A stretch of DNA of 42,295 nucleotides from Euryarchaeota archaeon UBA126 (GCA_002497025.1 DAMG01000079.1:55443-97737), one strand, 5' to 3'. Positions 23,535 through 33,701 are shown, counted from the first letter of the stretch. The notes: generated by a model from the letters alone, not told the origin. Made by a program: numbers and translations.

Positions 23535-25250
23535 CTAACCATGTAGATAGAGCAAATCTACGGGGCCATTTTCAGGAATCTTCTCAATTCTAGCAAATCC
23601 TACTCTTTCTAATTGGATGATTGAGCCTTCTACTAAATCGATATTCTCAATCAGTCCTTCATCAACTCTAAATCCATTCCCTGACGGCGAAGTTAGACGA
23701 GCCATTCGACTTTGATTTATTGGTAACCAATGGACAATTGGGCGCTTATCACTCCTCTCTAAAGAATCGACAATCGCCTCATTCTGATTAATTGAGATAT
23801 CTGCGAAATCTTTCAAACGCAATTGTTCGGAGTAATCTGTATCCTCAATGACAAATTTCTCTGAAATCTCCCATTCGCGAAGCCCCTCAATTTCACCATG
23901 TGGGTGGCGAGCAATTTGCAGATTTCCAGGTAGTTCGGTTCCAATCATTTGGAATGACAAAGTCCTTGGATTTCTAACAAATGATCTTCTCTCACAAACA
24001 GCATCAATCACAGAGGAATTGAATGATTCAATGGTTTGCATAGATATCGAAATATCTTTCTGAGTTAATCCAAGGTCTAACCAGAAATCACGTATTGCCC
24101 GAGGGTCAAAACCCCGACGTTTCAAAGCGGAAATTGTAGGTAAACGGGAATCATTCCATCCCTCATATTTCCCATCGGCAATATCTGCTCTCATCCCAGA
24201 GGTGGAGAAGCCTCCAAACTCGTGTACCTTTACTCGTCCCCAATAGAGGGGTTCCGGATAGTCCCAACCGAAGTGTTTGTACAATAGAGTCTGTTTTCTT
24301 GTCGAATCCATAAGATCCTTACCTCTAACGATATGAGTCACTCCTTGAAGGTGATCTTCAATTGCACTTTGGAAATCTAGTAGGGGCCAAACCTTGTATG
24401 AGTCTCCAACCATTGGGTGCGGACTGTGTTGTATTCGTAAAGCAGGCCAATCACGAAGTGCAGGGTTGGGTAATTCTAGGTCAGTTTTCACCCTCACAAC
24501 CGCACCTCCTTCCTCTATACTGCCATCATTCATTGCCTGCCAATCAGAGAGATTATGTTTTACAGTTCTGTTTCTACACGAACAAGATTGTGAGTTATCT
24601 CTAAGATTTTTGAATTCTAAAGCACTGCACCGACAAATGTAACCAAATCCAGATTCGAGCATTTGTTTGGCATGTTCAAGATATATCGGCATTCGTTCAC
24701 TAGCCCGAATAACAATGTCAGCAGGTCTACCTGCTAGCCATTCATATTCTTCTTCAATCCATCCATAAGCCTCAGGCAGAGGTGGCTTTACTCTCGTATC
24801 GGTATCGTCGTAACGTAGTACAACTTTACCAGAATACATTTTGGCAAATTCGGAATTGATAACAACTCCTCTCGAGTGCCCAATAGTAAGTGGTCCGTTA
24901 GGATTGGGTGCAAAACGCAAAATCACTTTTCCTTCAATTGAATTTGGTAGCGGTTTAAGTCCAAGTCTTTTCTGTTGTTTTTGTCTTTCCAAAGCCTCAG
25001 GATTTGTTGCAGCTAAAGATTCTCTTACCGCATCAACGCCATTCTCCTTGGCCATTTGATTTGCAGCTTCAACCTCTTTTTCTACCAGAGATTTCAACTC
25101 CTTTGCTCGAGGCCTCAAATCGGCTCTTTCACCTAGTAAGCGACCTAATACAGATCCTGACTGACCAGCTCCGTCGTACTCAACTGTATTTTGCATGGCA
25201 TACTTTCGAACCGTATCAACAGTCTCCGAATCCCAGTTGAAGTCTGCCAT
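23535..25250 (-). CDS. gltX: Glutamyl-tRNA synthetase, archaeal/eukaryotic type
   Basis: The class I HIGH region is RFAPNPNGPLTIGHSRG, followed by VVLRYDDTD, VWPLLDFQSAIEDH and THIVRGKDL. I prefer the ATG at 25250 (MADFNWDSE); the 15 codons upstream in the ORF track are probably not translated. Confidence 0.9.
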   Translation of the reverse strand: MADFNWDSETVDTVRKYAMQNTVEYDGAGQSGSVLGRLLGERADLRPRAKELKSLVEKEVEAANQMAKENGVDAVRESLAATNPEALERQKQQKRLGLKPLPNSIEGKVILRFAPNPNGPLTIGHSRGVVINSEFAKMYSGKVVLRYDDTDTRVKPPLPEAYGWIEEEYEWLAGRPADIVIRASERMPIYLEHAKQMLESGFGYICRCSALEFKNLRDNSQSCSCRNRTVKHNLSDWQAMNDGSIEEGGAVVRVKTDLELPNPALRDWPALRIQHSPHPMVGDSYKVWPLLDFQSAIEDHLQGVTHIVRGKDLMDSTRKQTLLYKHFGWDYPEPLYWGRVKVHEFGGFSTSGMRADIADGKYEGWNDSRLPTISALKRRGFDPRAIRDFWLDLGLTQKDISISMQTIESFNSSVIDAVCERRSFVRNPRTLSFQMIGTELPGNLQIARHPHGEIEGLREWEISEKFVIEDTDYSEQLRLKDFADISINQNEAIVDSLERSDKRPIVHWLPINQSRMARLTSPSGNGFRVDEGLIENIDLVEGSIIQLERVGFARIEKIPENGPVDLLYLHG

Positions 25251-25297
25251 GCTATCGGGCCTTCGGCCCGAACTAAGGCATTTGACGCTTCTCACCC

Positions 25298-26035
25298 TTA
25301 CCAGTCATCAAGTGACGATTGTACGACAGGTCCTCCCTGTTGCGCTCGTACTGGAACGGGAGTTCCATGCAAATTCTGCCAAATATCAGACACAGTTGCC
25401 CAACTCCATCTCAGAGAGTCATGCGGTTTGCCATTTGAGAGCATCTTCTCTACCGCGGAACGTGTGGTTTTATCCGATGGATACCCGGAACCGATTTCTA
25501 TTCCTGTTCGAGTGGCAATTTCTTCGATTGCTGAATCTCTAGAAACTTTTGCAAGAATTGAGGCCCCTCCAGTAACGAGGTCTTTCGAATCCATACCATG
25601 TTCTGCAATAATTCTCCAAGCCTTCCATTTTTCTCCTAACGATGATTGTAAGCGAATTCTGAATCGATTCTCATTTACATCGCAAGCATCTGCACGAATT
25701 ACACCCGAATCCAAATACAAATCTGTAGCTAAGATCGCCTCTGAAAATAAATCTATTTCTAGACTATTCAAATCCGAGGTTAGACTGTTGATATCTATTC
25801 TCTTCGGGGAACATAATATCAGTCCTGATTTCCATTTACCATCCTCTATGCGCTGATTGATTGCAGTAAAAATACGAAGGCGTTCATTTGGTGAAATATC
25901 CTTTGAATCCCTTACATTCAATTCAGATAAAATTTCAATATCCTCAGCTGGTATTGCTAATGCCGCGACTACCAATGGTCCGATTACAGGTCCCCTACCT
26001 GCCTCGTCTACACCAATCATCCAGTTGCTATCCAC
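25298..26035 (-). CDS. rnhB: Ribonuclease HII
   Basis: IGVDEAGRGPVIGPLVVAAL (DEAGRG catalytic motif), VRDSKDIS and SGYPSD blocks. 245 aa. Confidence 0.9.
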   Translation of the reverse strand: MDSNWMIGVDEAGRGPVIGPLVVAALAIPAEDIEILSELNVRDSKDISPNERLRIFTAINQRIEDGKWKSGLILCSPKRIDINSLTSDLNSLEIDLFSEAILATDLYLDSGVIRADACDVNENRFRIRLQSSLGEKWKAWRIIAEHGMDSKDLVTGGASILAKVSRDSAIEEIATRTGIEIGSGYPSDKTTRSAVEKMLSNGKPHDSLRWSWATVSDIWQNLHGTPVPVRAQQGGPVVQSSLDDW

Positions 26036-26050
26036 GTGGTTCCGGTAGCA

Positions 26051-28873
26051 TCAAGGGTCTTCATTATCACGCAAATCTTTGCCAAGGGAGTTCAATCTTT
26101 CATCGAAGTCATCTAGGTCCAGAACTATGTTATCGGGGTGAATTAGATCACTATCTTGTAATTGCTCTGCCATTTCTATTGCATCTATTATGGCCTCCTC
26201 TGCGTGAGCCTCGTCAAGCAAATCCCCCGCTCCTTGGAGGGTCTCTGACCCAGGAGCTGGTGAAACTTCTCTAGAGTGATCTCCTGATTTATCCATAAAT
26301 TCCTGCTTAAAGGATTCTAAATCGGTTGTTGGGCTCTGGATGAGTTCTGTTTCTTCTTTTTCACTCGCTTCAAATTTAGACATCCAGTCTCCAACTTCTT
26401 CAACCACCACCACCTCTGGGTTTTTGCTTCTGTAAAACTCTCTGTCGGCTTCGATTCTGTGTCGTACTGCAAAGGCTACCGCGACGGCCCCAACAATACT
26501 AACAATTACGATTAGAATGGTTTGTAACCATCGCTGCATAAAATCGCTGAAAATATTAGGCTCATCCGAGCCAATAGGTTCGCTTGGCTGGGCGCCATTA
26601 ATTTGAGTAGAGTGTTCTACAGTGTGTTGAACTGATGGATCTCGGAAGGAGCGAATCTCGACAGTTAGAATTGCATTTGAGGCAATTGGTACTTCTTCAG
26701 GTACATTCATCCAAACTTCGAATAATAGCGTTCCATTGATTGGGACATTAAGTTCCTCAAATGACCTAACTTGATTTGTTCCGGAACTCAGTTCATCCGG
26801 AGGGACGACTCCAAAATCTGTAAAATCTGTACACTCTACACTTACAACTAGGCCGTCAGGACTATTCCCGATATTCTTTACTTCCCAATATCCGGTCAAT
26901 TTTCCATCGATTACCTCAGCATCAGAGCGAATAATATCCCACGCATGAACGGCCGCAATTGATACATCAAAACTAACCTCTGCTGGAACCCAACCATCAA
27001 CCTCCAATTCTATTGTGACTTCTCCAATCAGTCCCGCCTCTAGTCCAATTGCCGTCCAGGCAGATACATCGATTCCGTGGACTGTTTGACCGGGCCCTAA
27101 ATATCGAGTATATTCTGTAATGTTTACAACTAACCAATCTGGTTTTTCAGTTACGCTTAGGTTGAACAGGTAAGCTGCATCTCCCGTATTTTCGATAAAT
27201 AATTCCACTAAACAGGTATCTCCCGGTTTTACCTCAAACATACAGTCGACATTTGTCAAACCTAGGTCTCCGCCCGATCTAGGAACTATGCTAATCGTCT
27301 GGTTTAGCCTTTGAATTTCTTCTACACCATCTGCCCAAAATTGAACCATCATGTCCAGTTTTCCAGATGTTAATATTGGAGATTGTACTTGCATGCGAAC
27401 GGTAGTAGTTTCGCCAGGATTCATATCTTCCAAACCGATTCGGTCGTAGATTATTGCAGTCCACCCTTGATGGGCGAAAGATAGCCCCGGAGTTTCGATT
27501 GGTGTTCCATTTTCGTAAACTGGTGCGATATTTATCCCAAGCGAATTAATCGAATTACCGATATTCTGCAAAACGAATTCTAGGTCAACAACACCTCCTG
27601 GATCAATTGAAGCGGTACCACCTCCTTCGATTACTTGCATTCCCTTCCATTCACCATAACGAAGTGAAAAATTCCACCAATCTTGATTACCAGTATGGTC
27701 TCCTATCAAGGTCACACTAAACTCATGAATTGAATCTGCAAGAGGGTAACCGAAGGAAACCTCCGGTGCAACCACCGTAAATTCTACCCACTGGACAACA
27801 TCGCTTGGAGCATCAAAAGAGTGTCCTACCTCTGGGCTTGTTGGATAATCCCATGACACCTCCCAACCAGCAGGGCTAGTAATTTCAATCAGCGCGGTAG
27901 TATTGACTTCTGCTTGGTTTGTAAAATTAGCCGCTACCCCTATTGTTAGACCAGGCTCAATGTTGAAGATTGAACCTGAATTCACACCAAATTCTACCCC
28001 TAAATCTTCCAATTGCCAAGGGTAAGTTAATCCTGATGTGTTGAATACTGTGTGGTCAGCCCATTGTTGCAATTCTAATGTTCTTGAAGCGTTTATTCCA
28101 CCTGTGCTTGGCAGGCCAACCGTAGATTCTCCGGTAACCGAAGTATGTATGACACAGGCGGCTAAATACGTCCCTTGTATTGAAGGATGACTGCCATCAG
28201 CAGCGTATAAGTCTGAGAAAATAGTTCCATCTTCAGTAGCATTAGAAATGGAGAAAAATATATTCTCAAATGCCATACCAACTGGGGCAATAAAGACAGT
28301 TCTTCGGTCAGAGGATAGGTTTTCAGCATAAGCAAGATAACCAGTTTCTAGGTACTGTTGCATTGTTTCATAGTCAGGATATCTCCAACTATTACTCTCA
28401 TCACCATTTCTATACCCCCAAGTCATCAGAAAGAAGGTATCTCCTCCATTGTCGTCTACCAAATCATCGATAATTCTGGCACCTTCCATACTATCTTGCC
28501 AGTAGGATGAACTTGTTGGGAAACCTGGAACTTGACTTTGGTCTTGCAATATCACATAATCGTGAGGGTTTCGTAATGAGGTGAACCATTCAGAGCCTTC
28601 AGTCTCAGCTTGCTCCCCATGCCAAGCAAGAGTCTTCCCTCCGCTTGTCAAGGCTTGTACTTCGGGAGTAAATCCACTAGCGCTAAGTAAATTCTCAACC
28701 CTGACATTCAATTGGTTGTTAGATGTGTATGAATTTCCAACAAATAATAGGTCAAAAGTCGAGTCATTTGATACTGATTCGGAAGGGTTGGGGTCCTCGT
28801 TTAGCTGGCTCGGCGCTGCAGATACAATCAGCAAGGCAAGAATCACTGTCATGGCCAATGCCCTGCCTCGCAT
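26051..28873 (-). CDS. Exported SGNH/GDSL-like hydrolase domain fused to several CARDB/NEW3-like Ig domains, C-terminal TM anchor and long acidic cytoplasmic tail
   Basis: 940 aa. Signal peptide MTVILALLIVSAAP. LLFVGNSYTSNN (SGNH block I-like) and DGSHPSIQGTYLAA (block V DxxH-like). Repeated xVxNxGN motifs (LQNIGNSINS, IENTGDAAY, VKNIGNSPDG). TM helix ILIVIVSIVGAVAVAFAV, then a ~150-aa E/D-rich tail. Confidence 0.8.
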   Translation of the reverse strand: MRGRALAMTVILALLIVSAAPSQLNEDPNPSESVSNDSTFDLLFVGNSYTSNNQLNVRVENLLSASGFTPEVQALTSGGKTLAWHGEQAETEGSEWFTSLRNPHDYVILQDQSQVPGFPTSSSYWQDSMEGARIIDDLVDDNGGDTFFLMTWGYRNGDESNSWRYPDYETMQQYLETGYLAYAENLSSDRRTVFIAPVGMAFENIFFSISNATEDGTIFSDLYAADGSHPSIQGTYLAACVIHTSVTGESTVGLPSTGGINASRTLELQQWADHTVFNTSGLTYPWQLEDLGVEFGVNSGSIFNIEPGLTIGVAANFTNQAEVNTTALIEITSPAGWEVSWDYPTSPEVGHSFDAPSDVVQWVEFTVVAPEVSFGYPLADSIHEFSVTLIGDHTGNQDWWNFSLRYGEWKGMQVIEGGGTASIDPGGVVDLEFVLQNIGNSINSLGINIAPVYENGTPIETPGLSFAHQGWTAIIYDRIGLEDMNPGETTTVRMQVQSPILTSGKLDMMVQFWADGVEEIQRLNQTISIVPRSGGDLGLTNVDCMFEVKPGDTCLVELFIENTGDAAYLFNLSVTEKPDWLVVNITEYTRYLGPGQTVHGIDVSAWTAIGLEAGLIGEVTIELEVDGWVPAEVSFDVSIAAVHAWDIIRSDAEVIDGKLTGYWEVKNIGNSPDGLVVSVECTDFTDFGVVPPDELSSGTNQVRSFEELNVPINGTLLFEVWMNVPEEVPIASNAILTVEIRSFRDPSVQHTVEHSTQINGAQPSEPIGSDEPNIFSDFMQRWLQTILIVIVSIVGAVAVAFAVRHRIEADREFYRSKNPEVVVVEEVGDWMSKFEASEKEETELIQSPTTDLESFKQEFMDKSGDHSREVSPAPGSETLQGAGDLLDEAHAEEAIIDAIEMAEQLQDSDLIHPDNIVLDLDDFDERLNSLGKDLRDNEDP

Positions 28874-28967
28874 GGGAGACGCTCATCGTTCTCGGCTTTG
28901 ATTTATGCCCCTTCTTGATGAATCGCCTAAACGAAGTAACTATGGTCTGAGGTGCTGTTTGCAGAAC

Positions 28968-29153
28968 ATGGCATCAAAGTGGCCATTCGGTAAGAAAAAC
29001 GCCCCCGCCGAACCAAAGCCCGACGCAAAGAAGGCTGAGGTAGTTGAGTACGAGAGAAAGTCTGAGGATAAACAGAAGGAATTGATTGAAGATAAAAGCC
29101 ATCTGAAAGACAAATCTTTCCTTGATGCGATGGCGCTTTTGGACGATGATTGA
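28968..29153 (+). CDS. Possible small K/E-rich protein (61 aa)
   Basis: It is the only ORF in an otherwise empty 290-nt gap: MASKWPFGKKNAPAEPKPDAKK...KSFLDAMALLDDD. No motif recognised, so coding status is uncertain. Confidence 0.35.
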   Translation: MASKWPFGKKNAPAEPKPDAKKAEVVEYERKSEDKQKELIEDKSHLKDKSFLDAMALLDDD

Positions 29154-29163
29154 AATTGAAGAC

Positions 29164-30903
29164 TCATAGTACTGGGTCAGGGATTAGGCGGCCTAGCGCA
29201 TCGACGTCGAATTCTCCTGCTTGAATTGGAACCCGAAGGCCAAATTCAGAAGCCACAACTGGGTCTATTTCTCCAATTTGTCCGACTTCCTCGCCAGATA
29301 CCAAGATCTTAGCACCTCTACCAGGCAACCAGGGCCCTTCATCCAAGGTGGTTGCCTCCCACAAGACATCCTCTAGATTTGCGCCAATATCTCTCAAGAA
29401 TGCTTGTGCAAATCCTTTAGCCGCTGAGAAACCACCCCCAACTTCGGCACAAGCCCAAGCCGCTCTTGTCCCATTATGAGATTCCAAAACAACGGTTCCA
29501 ATTTCGTAAACTCGTTGTGGTAATTCGTGATGACGGTTTGCCGCTAATAGTTGTAATAAACTTGGGAGTATTCTCTGTCTCATCATTGTGTGATCTATGG
29601 TTATGGGATTTGCTAATTCTGTAGTCGCTGCTAATTTATTCCACCGTGTATTGACAAATTGTACACGTTCGTTGGATAATGTGAGGCTTTGAGTTTCTTG
29701 CAAATTCAATGAACGTAAACTTTCTCGAACTCTTCTGTGTAAATGTGCAGATGGTAAAGGAATCGCGTCTAAGTGTACTGAAGATAGAATGTTAGGCATA
29801 TTTTCGTATCCATAACCGATAGCGATATCCTCGACAATATCAATTGGATGCATTATATCAGATCGCCACCTAGGCATTTCGATTACGTGTTCGCGTTCAC
29901 CCACCTCTAGGTCTGCCCAACGTTCGGCTTTGTTGACGCCATCCGTAACTGCACGAGAAGTTACTAAATTGCCCCCCATTCTTTGAATCGCTGTCGCGAT
30001 ATCTTCACTTTCCAGAGTAAGACCGAGGATTCTGTTAATTAATCGGTCAGAAACTCTGTGTTCTTTCGATTCCATATTTGGAGTCATTCGTACCTGCCCA
30101 TCACACCCAGTAACCTGTACTTGTTCTATTGTTCCACCGCGCTCGGCTAAGGCAAGACATACTAGCAATAAACAGGCTTCGACAGCCCTTTCTTCCCAGC
30201 CTGTAACATCGATGAAGAAATCAGTAGTAGATTCGCTAACGGTGGTATGTTCTCCATTAATTATTGGAGGGAAAGATAAGATTTCATCATTCGAATCCAA
30301 TATTACAGGGTAAACTTCTAGATCTTCCATTAAATGAGCATATTCTATTCCCTTTGTGTGTTCACTAAGAATATTATCGATTGACATTTTTTCATCCGTC
30401 GCTAGTGGTACAAATGAGTGTGATCCAGGTACGGTGACCACTCTGAAAGGTGGACTCAAAGTCGATAAATCATGGACGCCAATGGAAGAGAATTTCCTTC
30501 TTCTCCCAAGGCTAAGATGCAATTTTTCTTGATGATCCATCAATGATTGTATGAATTGGTCTTTTTCATCAGCGGTGTTTCCATTATTCACTCCTCTAAC
30601 AATTGCAGCCATGATTATTGGTCGAACGGATTCCAGACTAGAATCAACGTCCAATCTAATGCCGCTATCTTTAGTTTCAATAGTTGGTTGTTGAATATCT
30701 CCTTCTAAGAAAGCCCTCGCGGCCCTTGCCATAGTTTCATGACTCAGGAGATCGGGTCGATCTGGAAAAACCTCAATTTCTATTGATTCTTCATTACTGC
30801 CCTCTACCACACATCCGATTTGAGATAATCTTTCTAGCCAATCATCTGCATCGTACTCCGCTCCATTTTCTGCTTGTATAGAGCGAAGTAAAGAATGACT
30901 CAA
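29164..30903 (-). CDS. pheT: Phenylalanyl-tRNA synthetase beta subunit, archaeal type
   Basis: 579 aa with a TTG start. The B5-domain block is MPRWRSDIMHPIDIVEDIAIGYGYENM and the B3/4-like block is FPPIINGEHTTV. The C-terminal catalytic-like fold has ELANPIT and RQRILPSLLQ. Confidence 0.85.
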   Translation of the reverse strand: MSHSLLRSIQAENGAEYDADDWLERLSQIGCVVEGSNEESIEIEVFPDRPDLLSHETMARAARAFLEGDIQQPTIETKDSGIRLDVDSSLESVRPIIMAAIVRGVNNGNTADEKDQFIQSLMDHQEKLHLSLGRRRKFSSIGVHDLSTLSPPFRVVTVPGSHSFVPLATDEKMSIDNILSEHTKGIEYAHLMEDLEVYPVILDSNDEILSFPPIINGEHTTVSESTTDFFIDVTGWEERAVEACLLLVCLALAERGGTIEQVQVTGCDGQVRMTPNMESKEHRVSDRLINRILGLTLESEDIATAIQRMGGNLVTSRAVTDGVNKAERWADLEVGEREHVIEMPRWRSDIMHPIDIVEDIAIGYGYENMPNILSSVHLDAIPLPSAHLHRRVRESLRSLNLQETQSLTLSNERVQFVNTRWNKLAATTELANPITIDHTMMRQRILPSLLQLLAANRHHELPQRVYEIGTVVLESHNGTRAAWACAEVGGGFSAAKGFAQAFLRDIGANLEDVLWEATTLDEGPWLPGRGAKILVSGEEVGQIGEIDPVVASEFGLRVPIQAGEFDVDALGRLIPDPVL

Positions 30904-30927
30904 GGTGATAGTTGGCAGAATAACACC

Positions 30928-32469
30928 TCAGTTTCTCAACCACATAGGAAGCGGTCTGTCGTATCCTATTAATCGTAGACCAGATATTGCTGCAGTATCA
31001 TGATCAAGAGCACGCAGGTTCCGTCTTGTTAATTCGGACAGATTATTTATTCCCAATTCTAACATCCAACCTCTTAATGTCCCGTCGATCCAAGTCAACG
31101 CCGTTTCAACATCATCATTTGGAGGGGGTGCTATAATAGCAGAACAACCTGCTCCAACTGCGATTAGGAGGTCTTCTGCAGAAGGAGCTTCGTTTATCTG
31201 AAGTAAAATCTTCCTTCCTTGTTTTGGTAAATTCATGGCTTGTGCAACGAGTCCAATTCTAGGCAATGCTGCTGCGGCCCTAGATCCACCGGACGAAGCA
31301 ACATCAACTAGTGCACCATCAAGGTCTAGATCCACAACTAGACGGAAGAGATGCTCAACTCTGGAAATACTATCTTTAAGAAAAACAAGAGAATCATCCT
31401 TCATCCTACTATAGAGAGAAACCAACAACGCTTCAATTTCCGCATCGTTAATCGCGGGCATCTTCGTTAAATCAAGAACCATTCCGGAACAATTTTGAAT
31501 GATTCCTGCAGTCTCAAGGAGGTTTTCTTCTGTGATTAACATCAGGTCGTTAAGCCTAGGTTTAGAGGTTACTAGACCTGGTTGATTTGTAGTATAGTCC
31601 CCCTCCATCCCGGTCATACTTTCCGATTGAATTATCCAAGGAAGAGGAATAATCGTAGCATTTTCTTCTTGACCAACAGGATGTATTGGTGAACTAGTAT
31701 CGATTTGGGAATGGGAAGGTAGCCTATCTTTTGCCGATGGCACTAGTGTGATACCTTCGAAACCCTCGGTAATCGAGGTCTCGGGTAATTCGGCTTGTGG
31801 AGGTCCATCTTCACTTGGCACAATAACCAAAGCGTCAGAATCAATATACAACCCAAGGGGTTCAAGATGTTCAGCCAATTCTTCCACTTCGCTAGATTCA
31901 ATCGATCTCATCGTAGCTCCTTCACCTGGAGGGGGGCAAGATCCTGAGATAATTACGCGTCCACCAACCATCCCTCTTCCGGGGTCGTTTCCGGTGTTTC
32001 CAAGCACAACAACTGTGCCTCCATTCATGGCCGCTCCGGTAGCTAATCCGGCATGGCCACGGACTATTACGAATCCTCCTTTCATCTCAGCTGCCGTTTC
32101 GTCTCCTACAGATCCTTGGACGATAATCTCCCCGCCAGTCATTCTATGACCAACACGATCTCCTGCATCTTTTTCGATAGTAATTCTACCAGATTTTTGA
32201 AAGGCACCTAACATTGAACTACAACCGCCTTGAAGAGTGAAGGTTCCACCATTATTCATCGCACCTGCACATTCTCCCAAATCACCTAGTAGCAAAACTC
32301 TGGATTTTTCAGGTAGATGAGTGATGACCCCAATTTCTCCATTCTTTGGTTTCTCGTCCCCTTGCTTACCCCAACCTATGCGTACTAACAAGTCTCTTTG
32401 GAGTGCTTGTTCTAACATTTTGTCGAGGTCTCTGTTTAGTTTGACACTCTTCGCGGTGATGTCGCGCAT
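30928..32469 (-). CDS. GXGXG-motif (glutamate synthase alpha C-terminal / FwdC-like beta-helix) domain protein with a C-terminal degenerate GltS FMN-domain-like region
   Basis: Aa ~60-185 (nt ~31930-32310) read GDLGECAGAMNNGGTFTLQG...GHRMTGGEIIVQGSVGDETAAEMKGGFVIVRGHAGLATGAAMNGGTVVVLGNTGNDPGRGMVGGRVIISG. The C-terminal part has VASSGGSRAAA and AVGAGCSAII, reminiscent of the GltS FMN-domain GGTGA and GA..GC blocks. ATG 32469 is preferred; the ORF track starts at a GTG at 32484. Confidence 0.7.
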   Translation of the reverse strand: MRDITAKSVKLNRDLDKMLEQALQRDLLVRIGWGKQGDEKPKNGEIGVITHLPEKSRVLLLGDLGECAGAMNNGGTFTLQGGCSSMLGAFQKSGRITIEKDAGDRVGHRMTGGEIIVQGSVGDETAAEMKGGFVIVRGHAGLATGAAMNGGTVVVLGNTGNDPGRGMVGGRVIISGSCPPPGEGATMRSIESSEVEELAEHLEPLGLYIDSDALVIVPSEDGPPQAELPETSITEGFEGITLVPSAKDRLPSHSQIDTSSPIHPVGQEENATIIPLPWIIQSESMTGMEGDYTTNQPGLVTSKPRLNDLMLITEENLLETAGIIQNCSGMVLDLTKMPAINDAEIEALLVSLYSRMKDDSLVFLKDSISRVEHLFRLVVDLDLDGALVDVASSGGSRAAAALPRIGLVAQAMNLPKQGRKILLQINEAPSAEDLLIAVGAGCSAIIAPPPNDDVETALTWIDGTLRGWMLELGINNLSELTRRNLRALDHDTAAISGLRLIGYDRPLPMWLRN

Positions 32470-32636
32470 GTTATCTCCAAACACCTACGGAGTGGATACA
32501 GTCTTCATTCTGACGGGTGATTAGATACCGATTATTGCAATTATCCTGATTATATTCCGACTCACTCTACAAGAGTATTATTGATAGAGGTTCGATTACG
32601 CCATCAATTTGCCCAAAGGGCGCATGGGGCTAAACC

Positions 32637-33677
32637 ATGAAATCAATAAAAGTCGCAATTAACGGATTTGGAACAATCGGAAAACGAGTCGCTGATGCAG
32701 TGGATGCGCAGGATGACATGGAAATAATTGGGGTGACCAAGACGGGTCCGTCCTTTGGCTGTGATTTAGCTGTGAAAAAGGGATTTCCGCTTTATTGTAC
32801 ATTTGATGATGCTGAAAGAATAGCGGCATTTTCCGAACAAGGATATCAATGCAAAGGCGGTCTTTCTGATCTTTTATCAGTGGCTGATGTCGTCATCGAC
32901 TGTGCTCCTGGAAAGATGGGTGCCGGGAATATTGCAAAATACAAAGCGGCTGGAGTCAAACATATTTTCCAAGGTGGAGAGAAGCATGACCTCACAGGTC
33001 TCTCATATACATCATGTGCAAACCACGATGCAAATCTGAATGCAGATGGTACGAGAGTGGTATCTTGCAATACAACAGGTCTTTCCCGAACCTTGGTGCC
33101 TCTTTACGAACACTGCGGCTCGCTAAAGGTGGAGTGCACCATGATACGACGTGCAGCTGACCCCGGTGATTCAAAGAAAGGTCCAATCAATGCCATCAAA
33201 CCTGTCCTAAAGGTTCCAAGTCATCACGGCCCCGATGTTATGACCGTAAAGCCAGAAATTGAAATTAATTCACTAGCGGTTGCTGTCCCAACCACAATAA
33301 TGCATGTTCATTCAATTATAGCGGATTTACCGGAAGGGCATGGATTGACTACAGAATCAATTATCGAAATGTGGAAAGAACAACCTCGAGTAATTGTAAT
33401 GCATGGAGAGGAAAATAGAATCACTACAACCGCTGAGGTAATGGAAATGGCTCGCGACATCGGGAGAAAGTGGGGCGATTTACATGAAATATTTGTCTGG
33501 GAAGACGGAGTCAAATTAGTCGAAAACCGTCTATACTATTTCCAAGCAATACATCAGGAAAGTGATGTAATTCCGGAGAATATCGATTGTATCCGTGCAC
33601 TTATGGGGGCTGAATCCGATTGGAAAATTTCGGTTGCAAAAACCGATGCTGCAATCGACGCCTATTACGGTCTTTGA
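32637..33677 (+). CDS. gap: Glyceraldehyde-3-phosphate dehydrogenase, archaeal type II
   Basis: VAINGFGTIGKRVADAV Rossmann start, catalytic VSCNTTGL, and SHHGPDV and PTTIMHVH blocks typical of archaeal GAPDH. Confidence 0.9.
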   Translation: MKSIKVAINGFGTIGKRVADAVDAQDDMEIIGVTKTGPSFGCDLAVKKGFPLYCTFDDAERIAAFSEQGYQCKGGLSDLLSVADVVIDCAPGKMGAGNIAKYKAAGVKHIFQGGEKHDLTGLSYTSCANHDANLNADGTRVVSCNTTGLSRTLVPLYEHCGSLKVECTMIRRAADPGDSKKGPINAIKPVLKVPSHHGPDVMTVKPEIEINSLAVAVPTTIMHVHSIIADLPEGHGLTTESIIEMWKEQPRVIVMHGEENRITTTAEVMEMARDIGRKWGDLHEIFVWEDGVKLVENRLYYFQAIHQESDVIPENIDCIRALMGAESDWKISVAKTDAAIDAYYGL

Positions 33678-33682
33678 TTGTA

Positions 33683-33701
33683 TTTTTTTAGTATTTTTTT
33701 T
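33683..33701 (+). terminator. Oligo-T archaeal-type terminator after gap
   Basis: Two T runs (T7 at 33683-33689 and T8 at 33694-33701) begin 6 nt after the gap stop codon. Confidence 0.55.

Noticed and set aside
25191-25856. 221-aa and 115-aa plus-strand ORFs spanning the gltX/rnhB junction
   Set aside because: They are entirely antisense to two genes with unambiguous catalytic motifs (RNase HII, GluRS). Their composition is low-complexity S/R/P-rich, typical of shadow frames, and no motif is present.
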